Source of the DNA: Verrucomicrobiales bacterium
GTDB lineage: Bacteria; Verrucomicrobiota; Verrucomicrobiia; Limisphaerales; UBA9464
Length of the DNA: 64,000 nucleotides
Direction of reading: 5' to 3'
Assembly: GCA_027489875.1 (NCBI GenBank)
Contig: JAIXZE010000093.1
Location: 974 to 64,973, forward strand
How positions within the stretch are numbered: position 1 is the stretch's first letter; every line of letters starts with the position of its first letter. The notes beneath the pieces were generated by a model. The model saw nothing but the letters and a program-made list of their open reading frames with translations, searched no databases and was not told the DNA's origin. Of this stretch, positions 7,670-17,854 are shown in pieces. The position numbers and the translations under genes were made by a program.

Positions 7670-9226
7670 TCAGCGAAGGCTGGCGCGGTATTCCTCGATG
7701 CGCTCGCGCAGGGCTGTGTGGATCCTGAGGGCGGTGTCGGGTCCGCAGGAATTCACTTCGCCGTAGGGGCGCTTCTCGTTGAACAGGTGCGGCGGGTCCA
7801 CATCCCACTCGGATTTTGGAATGATGTAGCCGATCTCGTCGTTCGCGAGGCCGAACAGGAACTTCACCCGTCCCGGCATCATCTCGCGGAGGGGCGGTAT
7901 TTCGAGGGGTTCAATGCCGAAGTCGCCGCCCGGCGGTCGAACCACGCCGCCGTTGACGAGTTCAGGATAGATCTCGCCCGGGATGCAGGCGAAGGACACG
8001 TCACCGAGCGTGATGAGCGCGACTTCGGTCCGGAAGTGCATCCAACGCGAATGGCCGCGGTCGAGGAGGCCCAGTCCGCTGGCGATGAGGAAGCCATTGT
8101 TGTCGAGCTTCAGGTCCATCGTCCGGGCGTGGACGGTCATCGGGACGGACTCGGCGGCCGGAGCGTTGGAGGTGGCGATGCGGTCGAGGATGCGCATCAC
8201 GAGTTGATGGCCGACGGCATCGGTCTTGGCGTGGGACGGGGTCTTCAGGACGGCTCCGGAGATCGGGTCGGTGACCTCGGTGGAGGGATGGGTTGTCATG
8301 AGGCCGCCGACGGCGCCATTGACGAAGACATGTTTCCCGCCGAGGCCCTTGCGGAAGGAGGTGTTGTTGGTGCCCGGGATGCCCTGGGCGAGCGCGCGGC
8401 GGATGACACCAGGGAAGTCTGCGGTGATGTCGCGATTGCCGGCCCACGGGGTTTCGGGGTGATTGCCCCAGCCGACGAGGGATCCGAGGACCGAACCGTT
8501 GGCGGCGTGGGTGAACAGCAGGACCCGAAGGTCGGCGTCGAAGACGAGGGGCTTGCGGGTGTCGGCCACGAGACCGGTGGGATCGACGGCGATCTCATGG
8601 GCGGCCATGCGGGCCGGCGTGAGGTTCGTGATGGCGAGGCCGAGGGCGTCGCGGGCGCCGTGGATCACCTGGAGCTTGTAGGCCGGATCGACCCCGCTCT
8701 GGAGGGGGCTGGGTCCCCACAGGCCCATGAGGTCGGGGGTGGAATGATTGTGGGTGGAGCAGACGACGACGTAGTCGAGTTTCCAGTCGGCGGGAATGGC
8801 CTGCCGGACGCGGATGACGTCGTCGTGGAAGAACCCGATGGAATCGATGGCGACGATGCCGACGCGGGCGTGGCCGTTGTCGAGGACCAGGGCGGAGGCG
8901 GCGAGGGGATCGTGGATGTTGGTGGCGGAGCGGTTCTGGCTGAAGCCGGCGATCCAGACGGGGCGGTTTGGATTGGAGATGTCCGGCGTGATGTCGACCT
9001 CGCCGAATCCCACGCGCAGTGGGCGCGGGGATTGCGCGGCGGAGCGGCCGTCGAGGGCGAGTTCCACGGAATAGCCGGGGAATCGGTCTCGGGTGACGGC
9101 GATGAACCGGAGGACGACGGCGGCCAGCAGGAGCGCGATCCCGATGAGGAGGACGCGCGCGATGCGGAACAGGAGGGAAGGCTGGCGCGGCCCGGCCGCC
9201 GCCAACGTGGGTGATGAAGGGGGCAT
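7670..9226 (-). CDS. neutral/alkaline ceramidase-like hydrolase, membrane-anchored
   Basis: 518 aa with an N-terminal TM segment 'VLLIGIALLLAAVVL'. 'VGFGEVDITP...IHDPLAASALVLDNGHARVGIVAIDSIGF...VVCSTHNHSTPD' matches the N-terminal pattern of the ceramidase_alk-like family, as recalled from memory. Confidence 0.55.
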   Translation of the reverse strand: MPPSSPTLAAAGPRQPSLLFRIARVLLIGIALLLAAVVLRFIAVTRDRFPGYSVELALDGRSAAQSPRPLRVGFGEVDITPDISNPNRPVWIAGFSQNRSATNIHDPLAASALVLDNGHARVGIVAIDSIGFFHDDVIRVRQAIPADWKLDYVVVCSTHNHSTPDLMGLWGPSPLQSGVDPAYKLQVIHGARDALGLAITNLTPARMAAHEIAVDPTGLVADTRKPLVFDADLRVLLFTHAANGSVLGSLVGWGNHPETPWAGNRDITADFPGVIRRALAQGIPGTNNTSFRKGLGGKHVFVNGAVGGLMTTHPSTEVTDPISGAVLKTPSHAKTDAVGHQLVMRILDRIATSNAPAAESVPMTVHARTMDLKLDNNGFLIASGLGLLDRGHSRWMHFRTEVALITLGDVSFACIPGEIYPELVNGGVVRPPGGDFGIEPLEIPPLREMMPGRVKFLFGLANDEIGYIIPKSEWDVDPPHLFNEKRPYGEVNSCGPDTALRIHTALRERIEEYRASLR

Positions 9227-9258
9227 GGTGGCAGGGCCGGGAATTTGTGAACCGCGGG

Positions 9259-9738
9259 TCAGCCGCGGTAGATGATCGCGAGGCCGAAGTCGGTGATGAG
9301 CTTCTGGGTGCCCATCTCGACGTAGCTGTAATTGATGGGGGTGATGCTCACGATGTTCTCCTCGCCGATCTTGTTGAGGAACTCGGTGACGAACGCATCG
9401 AAGTTGTCGTGACCAACCTCCTTGCAGTCGGAGTGACGGATGGTCTTGAGGCGGATGAGCTTCTTGCCATCGATCTTGGACTGGGCTTCCAGGCTGGGGA
9501 GGGCCTTCTGGATGAGGGGTTCGACGGGTTTGTTGCTGACGGGGACCGCGAACTTCTTTTCCTCCTTGGCGGCCGGTGCCGCAGTGCGGGGCGGGGGAGG
9601 AGGCGGCGGAGTCCCGCCACTGTTGGCGGGAATGCGGATTTCCTTATTGCAGGCCGGGCAGGGGATTGTTTCGCCGGCGGCATCCGACTCGACCTCGAGT
9701 TCGGTCTGGCAGTGCGGGCATTTGAATACGATGTCCAT
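9259..9738 (-). CDS. zinc-ribbon protein with Pro-rich linker
   Basis: 159 aa. 'CPHC...17 aa...CPAC' forms a zinc ribbon. It is followed by 'PPPPPPP' and then a C-terminal globular domain of unknown function. Confidence 0.6.
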   Translation of the reverse strand: MDIVFKCPHCQTELEVESDAAGETIPCPACNKEIRIPANSGGTPPPPPPPRTAAPAAKEEKKFAVPVSNKPVEPLIQKALPSLEAQSKIDGKKLIRLKTIRHSDCKEVGHDNFDAFVTEFLNKIGEENIVSITPINYSYVEMGTQKLITDFGLAIIYRG

Positions 9739-9816
9739 GGCGCGCGCGTGTTGGTTTTGCGGGTGATTTAGCGTGGGGCAGCGATGGGGGGAAGTCTGGG
9801 AAGCAAGCGTGGGAGG

Positions 9817-11079
9817 CTATTCACCGGGCACCCGTTGGATCCGGGCACCGAGTTTCTCGAGTTTGACCTCCATCCGTTCGTATCCGCGGTCGAGGTGATA
9901 GACACGGTGCACCTGGGTCTTCCCGGAAGCGGCGATGCCCGCGATGACGAGGGCGGCCGAGGCACGAAGGTCGCTGGCCATGACTTCGGCTCCGCTGAGG
10001 GGTTTACCGCCCTTCACGATGGCGCTCGGGCCTTCGATGCCGATGTCGGCACCGAGCCGCATGAGTTCGGAAGCGTGCATGAACCGGGACTCGAAGATGC
10101 GCTCGGTGATGATGCTGGTCCCGGGGGCGAGGCACATGAGGGCCATCAACTGGGCCTGCATGTCGGTCGGAAACCCGGAGTACGGCATCGTGGTGATGTC
10201 GACGGGGCGGAGGAAAGAACCCGCGCTGACCGTGAGGGCTCCGCCGCGACGATCGATGCGGGCACCGGCTTCCTGGAGCTTGTCGAGGACGGCACCCAGG
10301 TGATCGGGACGTGCGCCGCGCAGGGTTACCTGTCCGCCGGAAGCCGCAGCCGCCACGGCAAAGGTGCCGGCCTCGATACGGTCCGGGATGACCTCATGTT
10401 CGACGCCGTGGAGTTCGCGGACGCCGGTGATGGTGATCGTCGGGCTGCCGGCACCCTGGATCCGGGCACCCATGGCGTTGAGGAAATCGGCGAGATCGAT
10501 GATCTCGGGTTCGCAGGCGGCGCTTTCGAGCACGGTGATGCCGTCGGCGAGCGCGGCGGCCATGAGGATGTTGGCGGTGCCGAGGACGGTGGGGCCGGCG
10601 CGACCGCCGAGGAAGACATGGGCTCCGTTGAGTTCGGGGGCGTGGGCCTTGACGTATCCGCCCTCGACGTGGATCTCGGTTCCGAGCGAGCGGAGACCCT
10701 TCAGGTGAAGGTCGATGGGGCGCGTCCCGATGACACATCCGCCGGGAAGGGAGACGGAAGCGGTGCGGAGGCGTGCGAGCAGGGGGCCGAGGATGCAGAT
10801 GGATCCGCGCATCTTGCGGATGAGGTCGTAGTCACCGGTGCCAGTGATCTTGGCGGCGCAGACGGTGAGGGTGCTGCCGTCGAACTCCACCTGGGCCCCC
10901 AGCGAGGTGAGGATCCGGCACATGAACCGGACGTCGCTCAGGTCGGGAACGTGCCGGATGACGCAGGTCTCGGCGGTGAGGAGGGTGGCGGCCATGATGG
11001 GCAGCACGGCATTCTTGGAGCCGCTGATCTGCACTTCGCCGCACAGGCGTGTACCGCCTTCAATCAGGAAACTGTCCAT
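9817..11079 (-). CDS. murA: UDP-N-acetylglucosamine 1-carboxyvinyltransferase
   Basis: 'MDSFLIEGGTRLCGEVQISGSKNAVLPIMAATLL' and 'GGCVIGTRPIDLHLKGL' are MurA hallmarks. The start is chosen at the ATG at 11079 inside ORF 9817-11103. Confidence 0.92.
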   Translation of the reverse strand: MDSFLIEGGTRLCGEVQISGSKNAVLPIMAATLLTAETCVIRHVPDLSDVRFMCRILTSLGAQVEFDGSTLTVCAAKITGTGDYDLIRKMRGSICILGPLLARLRTASVSLPGGCVIGTRPIDLHLKGLRSLGTEIHVEGGYVKAHAPELNGAHVFLGGRAGPTVLGTANILMAAALADGITVLESAACEPEIIDLADFLNAMGARIQGAGSPTITITGVRELHGVEHEVIPDRIEAGTFAVAAAASGGQVTLRGARPDHLGAVLDKLQEAGARIDRRGGALTVSAGSFLRPVDITTMPYSGFPTDMQAQLMALMCLAPGTSIITERIFESRFMHASELMRLGADIGIEGPSAIVKGGKPLSGAEVMASDLRASAALVIAGIAASGKTQVHRVYHLDRGYERMEVKLEKLGARIQRVPGE

Positions 11080-11124
11080 GGTGGGAGCGATCCGGAACAT
11101 CATCCCGGGCGGGCCGCAGTGGAT

Positions 11125-12012
11125 TCACGGCGCTTCGGACCGGGACGGGCGAACGATGAGAATGCGGTCCCTGCCGCTCAAGTCTTTCTCGAAGGAGATA
11201 TGATCCCAGTCCGGGGTTCGGAAGATCCGGGCCAGCTCGGGAGCCTGGCCGTCTCCGAACTCGGCGAGGAGGCAACCGGAGGGCCGAAGCCACCGATGGG
11301 CGCGGTTGGCGAGGCTTCGGTAGGGGCCGAGGCCGTCGAGACCGCCGGCGAGGGCCAGGATCGGGTCGTGATCCCTGACTTCGGGCATCAGGGAACGAAT
11401 CTCGGCGTCCGGGATGTAGGGCGGGTTCGTGACGATGAGATCGAAGGGGGCGTGTGCGGCCAGGTCGGCATCCGGGCTGAACGCGTCCTGGAGGTGAAAC
11501 GTGATACGGTCGAGCAGGCCGAGGTTTGTTGCGTTGGTACGGGCCAGATCGAGGGCCTCCGGGGAGAGGTCGAAGGCGTGGACGCGGGTATCGGCACGGG
11601 ACGAGGCGAGATGGAGCGCGAGGCATCCCGAGCCGGTGCCGAGGTCGGCGACGCGGGCGTTCGGGACACCGGCGAGGTGCTTTTGGGCGAGGAGGGCGAG
11701 TTGCTCGGTTTCCGGGCGCGGCACGAGCACATGCCGTGAGACCTGGAGCGTGAGATGGAGGAAGGGCGCGGTGCCGAGGAGGTGCTGGAGGGGAATGCGG
11801 CGGGCGCGTTGCTGAACGAGGTCGAGGAATTGGCCGATCGCCTCGGACGAAGGTTCCTGAGCCAGACCGATGCGACGGCGGAGGAAGGGGACGCCGGTGA
11901 TGTGTTCGAGGAGGCGTTCGGCTTCGAGGGTGGGCTCATCGACCCCGGCCGCGGCAAGGATCTGCGAGGCTTCGGCGAGGACGGAGGAGGCGTCGGGTTG
12001 GAGGGACGCCAT
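11125..12012 (-). CDS. prmC: peptide chain release factor N5-glutamine methyltransferase
   Basis: 'VLVPRPETE', 'DLGTGSGCLAL' and 'IVTNPPYI' are present. The start 'MASLQ' at 12012 forms an ATGA overlap with the stop of the upstream gene. The ORF-track N-terminal extension (to 12372) is rejected. Confidence 0.85.
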   Translation of the reverse strand: MASLQPDASSVLAEASQILAAAGVDEPTLEAERLLEHITGVPFLRRRIGLAQEPSSEAIGQFLDLVQQRARRIPLQHLLGTAPFLHLTLQVSRHVLVPRPETEQLALLAQKHLAGVPNARVADLGTGSGCLALHLASSRADTRVHAFDLSPEALDLARTNATNLGLLDRITFHLQDAFSPDADLAAHAPFDLIVTNPPYIPDAEIRSLMPEVRDHDPILALAGGLDGLGPYRSLANRAHRWLRPSGCLLAEFGDGQAPELARIFRTPDWDHISFEKDLSGRDRILIVRPSRSEAP

Positions 12013-13412
12013 CAGGGGGTGGGAGGCTTGGGTGATGTCGCCGGGGGCGTCCCGGGGACGACGCGATGCAGCAGGGTCACGAGGACGGCAGCGGTGAGGA
12101 CGATGAAGGAGACATCGAGGAAGGGGATCCTGAACCGGGTACTCGCGGTGAACGCCACGCCGCCGATCAGGTAACTGACCATGGCCATGGCCCAGAGCAG
12201 CGGGAACAGTGGATGTCTCCGGATGGCGGGGATGAAAAAGGAGCAGAAGGCCCCGATGAAGATGGGAACCACGGCGACCGCGGAAAGAAGGACTTTGGGC
12301 CGGCTGAAGACCGTTGGATTGAGCCACGGACGCCAGAAGGACTTTGTCTTCAACCATTGGAGTCGCCACCACTCGCCGCGGGATTCGTTGAAGAATCGGC
12401 GGGGTTCATCGAGCCATGCGGATTTCGGGATGGGCGAATCCAATCGGGACTGTGTGAAGAGGGTGTGGAGGCTTTGGGAATACTCCTCGTTGTTGGTGGC
12501 GGTGAGTGCCTTGAGGTAGTAGGGCGAATGACCCTGGCCGAAGATGGCGGTGGCGTAGAACGGCGAGAGGTTGAGTTCCCCGTGCACCCGCTTGTTCCGG
12601 ATCATGAGTGGCAGGAGGAAGGCGGAAACAAGGACGGTCATGAGGGTCATGGCCCCGAGGGTTGGAAGCCATCGGCCGCAGCGGCGCCATTCGATCCATC
12701 CCACCCAGATCGCGGCGATGGGCAGTGAAGCCTGAAGATTGGGCCGGACGAGGCAGCCGGCAGTGAGGGCTAGCGATGCGGAGACCAGGGGACGCCACCG
12801 GGTGGAGGTGGCATTTGCCGAGTAACGCAGCAGTTCGTGGAGGGACAGCCAGACCAGGAAGAGGAACAGGGTTTCGCTGAGGACGAACCCCGAGAACGAC
12901 ATGATGAAGGGATTCCATGCGGTCAGGGCTGTTCCCACGATCCCGGCGATGGGGCCGGCCATCTGGTGGGCGATGCGCCCTACGAGCAGGGCGGTGGCGA
13001 CACTGAGGAAACATTGAACCGCCTGGATCCACCGGAACATCGCGGTGGAGATCCGCACGGGTGGATCCAGGTTGAATTTCGCGGAGGGGGTCCATTCGCG
13101 GCCTTCCTGCGGGGTCAGCCATTCGAACGGCAGCAGGAAGAGGGCGTAGCCGGGTGAACGGATGTATTGATAATTCCGGGGGTGGCCATCCAGCTTGCCG
13201 TTCAGGATCGATCTGGCCTGGGCCAGGTATTCGATGCCGTCGTCGAGTTGCTGCATCGAAGTGTCCGGGTGCTCCCGGAGGCACACAGGGATCCGCAGGA
13301 TCAGCCCCATCCCCAGGATTCCGGCGAGCACCCAGACGTGATGCCGGACGAGGGAGGTGCTGAACTGCTCAAGGAGGCGCTGCCATGGGGAAACGTGCAT
13401 GATCTGGATCAA
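12012..13412 (-). CDS. GT39/ArnT-like (PMT_2) membrane glycosyltransferase
   Basis: 466 aa and polytopic, with many hydrophobic segments. An N-terminal extracytoplasmic loop carries 'DDGIEYLAQA'. The overall architecture is like the dolichyl-phosphate-mannose/ArnT family. Confidence 0.65.
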   Translation of the reverse strand: MIQIMHVSPWQRLLEQFSTSLVRHHVWVLAGILGMGLILRIPVCLREHPDTSMQQLDDGIEYLAQARSILNGKLDGHPRNYQYIRSPGYALFLLPFEWLTPQEGREWTPSAKFNLDPPVRISTAMFRWIQAVQCFLSVATALLVGRIAHQMAGPIAGIVGTALTAWNPFIMSFSGFVLSETLFLFLVWLSLHELLRYSANATSTRWRPLVSASLALTAGCLVRPNLQASLPIAAIWVGWIEWRRCGRWLPTLGAMTLMTVLVSAFLLPLMIRNKRVHGELNLSPFYATAIFGQGHSPYYLKALTATNNEEYSQSLHTLFTQSRLDSPIPKSAWLDEPRRFFNESRGEWWRLQWLKTKSFWRPWLNPTVFSRPKVLLSAVAVVPIFIGAFCSFFIPAIRRHPLFPLLWAMAMVSYLIGGVAFTASTRFRIPFLDVSFIVLTAAVLVTLLHRVVPGTPPATSPKPPTP

Positions 13413-13599
13413 CGGACGGCGGACGATGGAGGCGTCGATTCTTTGGGGTCAAGGGCATTGAAGGGCTCCATGCCCTGCCGGAGCATGCGGATGGGACCCC
13501 TGGCTGGAACCGCGGTGGCGACGTCCGGGTCACTGTTCCGGTTCAACCGGGCGCGAGGTTGGGCTGGCAGTCGTCGGCGGGCTTGGGAAGGGTGAGGCC

Positions 13600-14178
13600 A
13601 TGGACGCGCTTCACGGTTTGGCCGGGATGGAAGGATTGGTTGGGCAACTGGATCGCCACCTGCGGCGTTCGCCACGGTTGGGAGTTGGCGTTTACCTGGC
13701 GCGGACAGCGGTGGTCGTGGGCGATGTCACCCTGGGGGACCACAGCAGCGTGTGGTATGGGGCGGTGTTGCGGGGCGACATCAATCGGATCGAAGTGGGG
13801 CATCATTCGAACATCCAGGACAACGCGGTCCTGCACCTGGCGGATGACTTCCCGTGCATCATCGGGAACTGGGTGACGGTGGGACATTCGGCGAACGTTC
13901 ACGCCTGCACGATCGGGGATGAATGCCTGGTGGGGATGGGTGCGACGGTGCTGGACGGTGCGGTCGTGGGCGAGCAGTGCCTGATCGGCGCGCATGCGCT
14001 GGTCACGCCCGGGACGGTGATCCCGGCGGGGTCGCTGGTCCTGGGTTCGCCGGCGAAGGTGGTCCGGGCATTGAAGCCGGAGGAACGGGCGGGCCTGCGA
14101 CACTGGGCAGCCAAGTATGTGGTGAATGGGGCGTACTGCCTGAAGCACGCCTTGCATGTTGGGGCACCGTTGGGGTGA
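13600..14178 (+). CDS. gamma-carbonic-anhydrase-like hexapeptide-repeat protein
   Basis: 'GDVTLGDHSSVWYGAVLRGDINRIEVGHHSNIQDNAVLH' and the following left-handed beta-helix repeats are present. The true start may be the ATG at 13627. Confidence 0.8.
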   Translation: MDALHGLAGMEGLVGQLDRHLRRSPRLGVGVYLARTAVVVGDVTLGDHSSVWYGAVLRGDINRIEVGHHSNIQDNAVLHLADDFPCIIGNWVTVGHSANVHACTIGDECLVGMGATVLDGAVVGEQCLIGAHALVTPGTVIPAGSLVLGSPAKVVRALKPEERAGLRHWAAKYVVNGAYCLKHALHVGAPLG

Positions 14179-14224
14179 GCCGTGGCTTGACGGGTCGGCG
14201 GAGGTCCGCGACAACCCGCCCTGC

Positions 14225-14755
14225 ATGCAATCCGTCTCCATCGCCGAGATCGAACGTTCCATCCGGAACGTGCCGGACTTCCCCAAGCCCGGGATCCAGT
14301 TCAAGGACATCACGCCGGTGCTCGCGGATGGCCGGTTGTTCCGCGGGGCCATGGAGCACCTGCTCGCGGGGGTGGAACTGGGGAGCGTGGACAAGATCGT
14401 GGGCATCGACGCCCGCGGCTTCATCTTTGGATCCGCGGCGGCGGCGATGCTGGGCTGCGGGTTCGTGCCCGTGCGCAAGAAGGGCAAGCTGCCTTGGACG
14501 ACGCACGAGCAGAGCTACGACCTCGAGTATGGCTCCGCGACGGTGGCGATCCACGTGGATGCCGTCCGTTCCGGGGAGCGGGTTCTCCTTCTGGATGATC
14601 TGCTGGCCACCGGCGGCACGGCGGCGGCCACGCTGGCGTTGCTCGACAAGCTGGGGGCTCGGGTTCTCGGCATCCGGTTCCTCATCGAACTGTCGTTCCT
14701 GTCGGGCCGCGATCGCCTGGGGAACCACCCGGTGAAGTCGTTGATCACGTACTGA
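14225..14755 (+). CDS. apt: adenine phosphoribosyltransferase
   Basis: 'VPDFPKPGIQFKDITPVL' and the PRPP motif 'VLLLDDLLATGGTA' are present. The start is the ATG at 14225 within ORF 14156-14755. Confidence 0.92.
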   Translation: MQSVSIAEIERSIRNVPDFPKPGIQFKDITPVLADGRLFRGAMEHLLAGVELGSVDKIVGIDARGFIFGSAAAAMLGCGFVPVRKKGKLPWTTHEQSYDLEYGSATVAIHVDAVRSGERVLLLDDLLATGGTAAATLALLDKLGARVLGIRFLIELSFLSGRDRLGNHPVKSLITY

Positions 14756-14780
14756 CACAGGTCTGACAACGCCCACAGGG

Positions 14781-16913
14781 ATGATCCAGGACCTGGACCT
14801 GACGGTATTCCGGTTTTTCAACCAGTCGTTGGCGGTTCCGTGGCTGGATCCGGTGATGCGGTTCCTCAGCGGCAATGAGTATTTCATGCCGCTGGTGGTG
14901 CTGCTGGCGGTGGCGCTGTTGGGATGGGGTGGACGGCGTGGTCGGGTGTTCGTGGTGATGCTCGTGTTGGTGCTGGCGGTGGGCGATTCGCTCTTCGTCG
15001 GGGTGGCCAAGAAGCTCATCCGGCGGAACCGGCCGTTCGTGGATCATCCGGAGACCCGACTCATCGTGGGGCGCGGCAGCACGTTCTCCATGCCCTCGGG
15101 GCACTCGGCCATCTGGGGGGCGATCACGGCGGTAACGGCATTGGCCTGGCGACGCCGTGGACTGACTTCGGCCGTGGGAACGGTCGGCGTCGGCGTGGGG
15201 ATCTCGCGGATGTATCTCGGGGTGCACTACCCGACCGATGTCCTCGCAGGGTGGACGGTGGGGGTGTTGTACGGGGTGTGCCTGTCGCGGATGGCTGCGT
15301 GGGGTTGGGGGGCGATTGGCAGCCGGTGGTTTCCGGAATGGCACCGGGCGTTGCCGAACCTGTTGGATGCGGAATCCGGGGAAAGGATGGCGACGCCGGC
15401 CCATGGGCATTGGGTGCGGTTGGCGCGGGCGCTTCTGGTGGTCCTGCTGGTCGGGCACTGGATCTACGTGGGGCGCGCCTTGATCGAATTGTCCGAGGAC
15501 GAAGCCTACCAGTGGGTGTGGTCGAAGCGGATGGCGCTGTCGTATTACAGCAAGCCGCTGGGGATCGCGGTGGCGCATTGGATCGGGAACCTGGTGGGTG
15601 GGAACACCGAGTTCGGCGTGCGGTTCCTGCCGCCGTTGCTGGCCTTCATCCTGGGGTGGACGCTGTTGAATTTCGTGGTTCGGCGGACAGACGGGCGCAC
15701 GGGATTCCTGTTCGTGCTGGCCTTGCAGGCAACGCCGCTCGCGATGGTGGGATCGATCCTGCTGACGATCGATCCGTTGACGGTCTTCTTCTACACGATC
15801 GGGATGCTGGCGACGTGGCGGGCGATCACGGAGGACTCGACGCGCTGGTGGGCGGTGGTGGGTGTGACCCTGGCGGGAACGCTATTGATGAAGTATTTCG
15901 CGCCGTTCCAGCTCGCGGCTTTGGCGCTTGGGCTGGCGGTGGTGCCCGGCGGTTGGCGACAACTGAAGCGCCCGGGTCCATACCTGGCGCTGGGAATCCT
16001 GGCGCTCGGGACGCTCCCGATCCTGATCTGGAATGCGCAGAACGGGTGGGTGACGTTCACACACCTGAAGGAGCGCGGCGGATTGCATCGGGAGTGGGAG
16101 TTTACCCTGCGATACCTCGGCGATTTCGTCGGGGCTGAAGTGGGTCTGTTGAATCCCATCTGGCTGGGGATGATGGCGGTGGCATTGGCGGTCCTCGCGG
16201 TGCGGCGCGATGCGCCGGTGGTGGAGCGGTTCCTGTGCGCCTTCTCGGCACCGATCTTCCTGTTCTATCTCGGGTACACCCTGCGCTCCCGCGTACACCC
16301 GAACTGGATTGCCGCAGCGATCCTTCCAGGGTTGGTGGCAGCGACGTTGTATTGGCACCGGCGTTGGGCGGCAGGGGCGCGTGGGGTCGTGGGGTGGGTG
16401 CGCGCGGGGTTGTTGGTGGGATTGCCCGTCGTCGTGCTGCTGCATGACACCAACCTGATCGCGAAGGTGGCCGGGCAGCCGCTGCCGGTGAAACTGGAAC
16501 CGCTGCGCCGGGTGCGCGGGCATCGGGAGTTCGCCCGTCAGGTGGCGTCGGTCCGAACCAACCTCATGGCGGAAGGGAAGCCGGTGTTCGTGATCGCGGA
16601 CCATTACGGGCGCGCAGGGTTGCTCAGCTTTTACATGCCCGGTGGGCCGGAATCGTTGCCCGATCAACCCTTCATCTACGAGGCACGGGCGGAGCACGTC
16701 CGAAGCCAGTTCCAGGTGTGGCCGGGGTACGGCCACCGGAAGGGTGAAACCGCGCTGTTCGTCCGGCAGAAGCAAAAGGATTCCGGCGATGGCTTGCCGC
16801 CTTCGTTGAAGGAGGATTTCGAGACGGTGGAACGGCTGGGTTCGCTGGATGTGGAATACCGTGGGCGGCTCTTCCATCAGTACGAAACCTTCGTCTGCCG
16901 GGGAAAGCGGTGA
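14781..16913 (+). CDS. fusion protein: PAP2 lipid phosphatase (N-terminal) plus GT39/ArnT-like glycosyltransferase (C-terminal)
   Basis: PAP2 motifs: 'KKLIRRNRP', 'PSGH' and 'SRMYLGVHYPTDV'. These are followed by 'LSEDEAYQWVWSK' and about 11 further TM segments typical of GT-C family 39. Confidence 0.75.
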   Translation: MIQDLDLTVFRFFNQSLAVPWLDPVMRFLSGNEYFMPLVVLLAVALLGWGGRRGRVFVVMLVLVLAVGDSLFVGVAKKLIRRNRPFVDHPETRLIVGRGSTFSMPSGHSAIWGAITAVTALAWRRRGLTSAVGTVGVGVGISRMYLGVHYPTDVLAGWTVGVLYGVCLSRMAAWGWGAIGSRWFPEWHRALPNLLDAESGERMATPAHGHWVRLARALLVVLLVGHWIYVGRALIELSEDEAYQWVWSKRMALSYYSKPLGIAVAHWIGNLVGGNTEFGVRFLPPLLAFILGWTLLNFVVRRTDGRTGFLFVLALQATPLAMVGSILLTIDPLTVFFYTIGMLATWRAITEDSTRWWAVVGVTLAGTLLMKYFAPFQLAALALGLAVVPGGWRQLKRPGPYLALGILALGTLPILIWNAQNGWVTFTHLKERGGLHREWEFTLRYLGDFVGAEVGLLNPIWLGMMAVALAVLAVRRDAPVVERFLCAFSAPIFLFYLGYTLRSRVHPNWIAAAILPGLVAATLYWHRRWAAGARGVVGWVRAGLLVGLPVVVLLHDTNLIAKVAGQPLPVKLEPLRRVRGHREFARQVASVRTNLMAEGKPVFVIADHYGRAGLLSFYMPGGPESLPDQPFIYEARAEHVRSQFQVWPGYGHRKGETALFVRQKQKDSGDGLPPSLKEDFETVERLGSLDVEYRGRLFHQYETFVCRGKR

Positions 16914-17854
16914 GCGCGCACCCCACGCTTCGTCGGGACTGGGAGGTCCAGGATTACGCCCTCGGCGAGACGTTGGAGTCCGGGCAGGCGTTTGGTTGGG
17001 ATCGCGACGGCGACGGATGGACCGGGGTGGTTTCGGGGCGTTGGGTGCGGTTGAGCCAGCGCGGTGGGATGATCTCCGCCGAGGTGGCGAAACCGCTCGC
17101 GGACTGGGAGTGGATCGAGACGTACCTCGACCTCCACGAGGACCTCGGTGCGGTGCTGGCGACGTTTCCGCAGGACGGACCCCTGGGGGAGTCGATCGCG
17201 GCCTGTCGCGGGCTGCGTCTCCTGCGTCAGGATCCGTGGGAATGCCTTGCGGGGTTCATCTGCTCGTCGACCAAGCAGATCGTCCAGATCCGCCAGATCG
17301 TCCGGAACCTGCGCGAACGGTACGGGGTTCCCATGGTGACGCCCGAAGGGGTTTCCCCGGCGTTTGCGTTTCCGTCGGTGGAGGTGGTGGCGGCGTTGGA
17401 TGAGTCCGCGTTGCGGGCGTGCAAGTTGGGTTTTCGGGCCCCTTACCTGCTTGGGGCTGCGCGGCGGGTCGTTGAGGGGAAGCTGGATCTCGCAGCGTTG
17501 TCCCGCGCCAGCCTGGAGGAAGCACGGGCGCAGTTGATGGAATTGTCGGGCGTGGGAAGGAAGGTGGCCGATTGCGCGTTGCTGTTCGGGTTCGGTCACC
17601 GGCAGGCGTTTCCGGTGGATGTGTGGGTCCGGGTGGCGCTGACGCGCTTGTATTTCCCGCGGGCGCGGAAGGTCACCGCGCGTCGGATCGAGGAATTCAG
17701 CGCGTCCTACTTCGGGGTGAACGGCGGATACGCGCAGCAGTACCTCTTCCACTACGTCCGCACCCGGCTGGGGCGGGCGTGGGCCGCAGGGAAGGTGGAC
17801 AGCCCCGGGGCGTCGCCGGCACCGATCAAGGCGGCCAGGGTGCGTCGGCCCTGA
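16910..17854 (+). CDS. ogg: 8-oxoguanine DNA glycosylase / HhH-GPD family
   Basis: '[20 protein letters not shown]', '[14 protein letters not shown]' and the HhH motif '[17 protein letters not shown]...FPVDVWV' are present. An ATGA overlap joins it to the upstream gene. Confidence 0.85.
   Translation: MSAHPTLRRDWEVQDYALGETLESGQAFGWDRDGDGWTGVVSGRWVRLSQRGGMISAEVAKPLADWEWIETYLDLHEDLGAVLATFPQDGPLGESIAACRGLRLLRQDPWECLAGFICSSTKQIVQIRQIVRNLRERYGVPMVTPEGVSPAFAFPSVEVVAALDESALRACKLGFRAPYLLGAARRVVEGKLDLAALSRASLEEARAQLMELSGVGRKVADCALLFGFGHRQAFPVDVWVRVALTRLYFPRARKVTARRIEEFSASYFGVNGGYAQQYLFHYVRTRLGRAWAAGKVDSPGASPAPIKAARVRRP

Noticed and set aside
7474-7670. The tRNA as an integration site for a mobile element or prophage.
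   Set aside because: No integrase, excisionase or duplicated tRNA 3' end is visible. The flanking genes are ordinary chromosomal genes. The defence island begins ~29 kb away.
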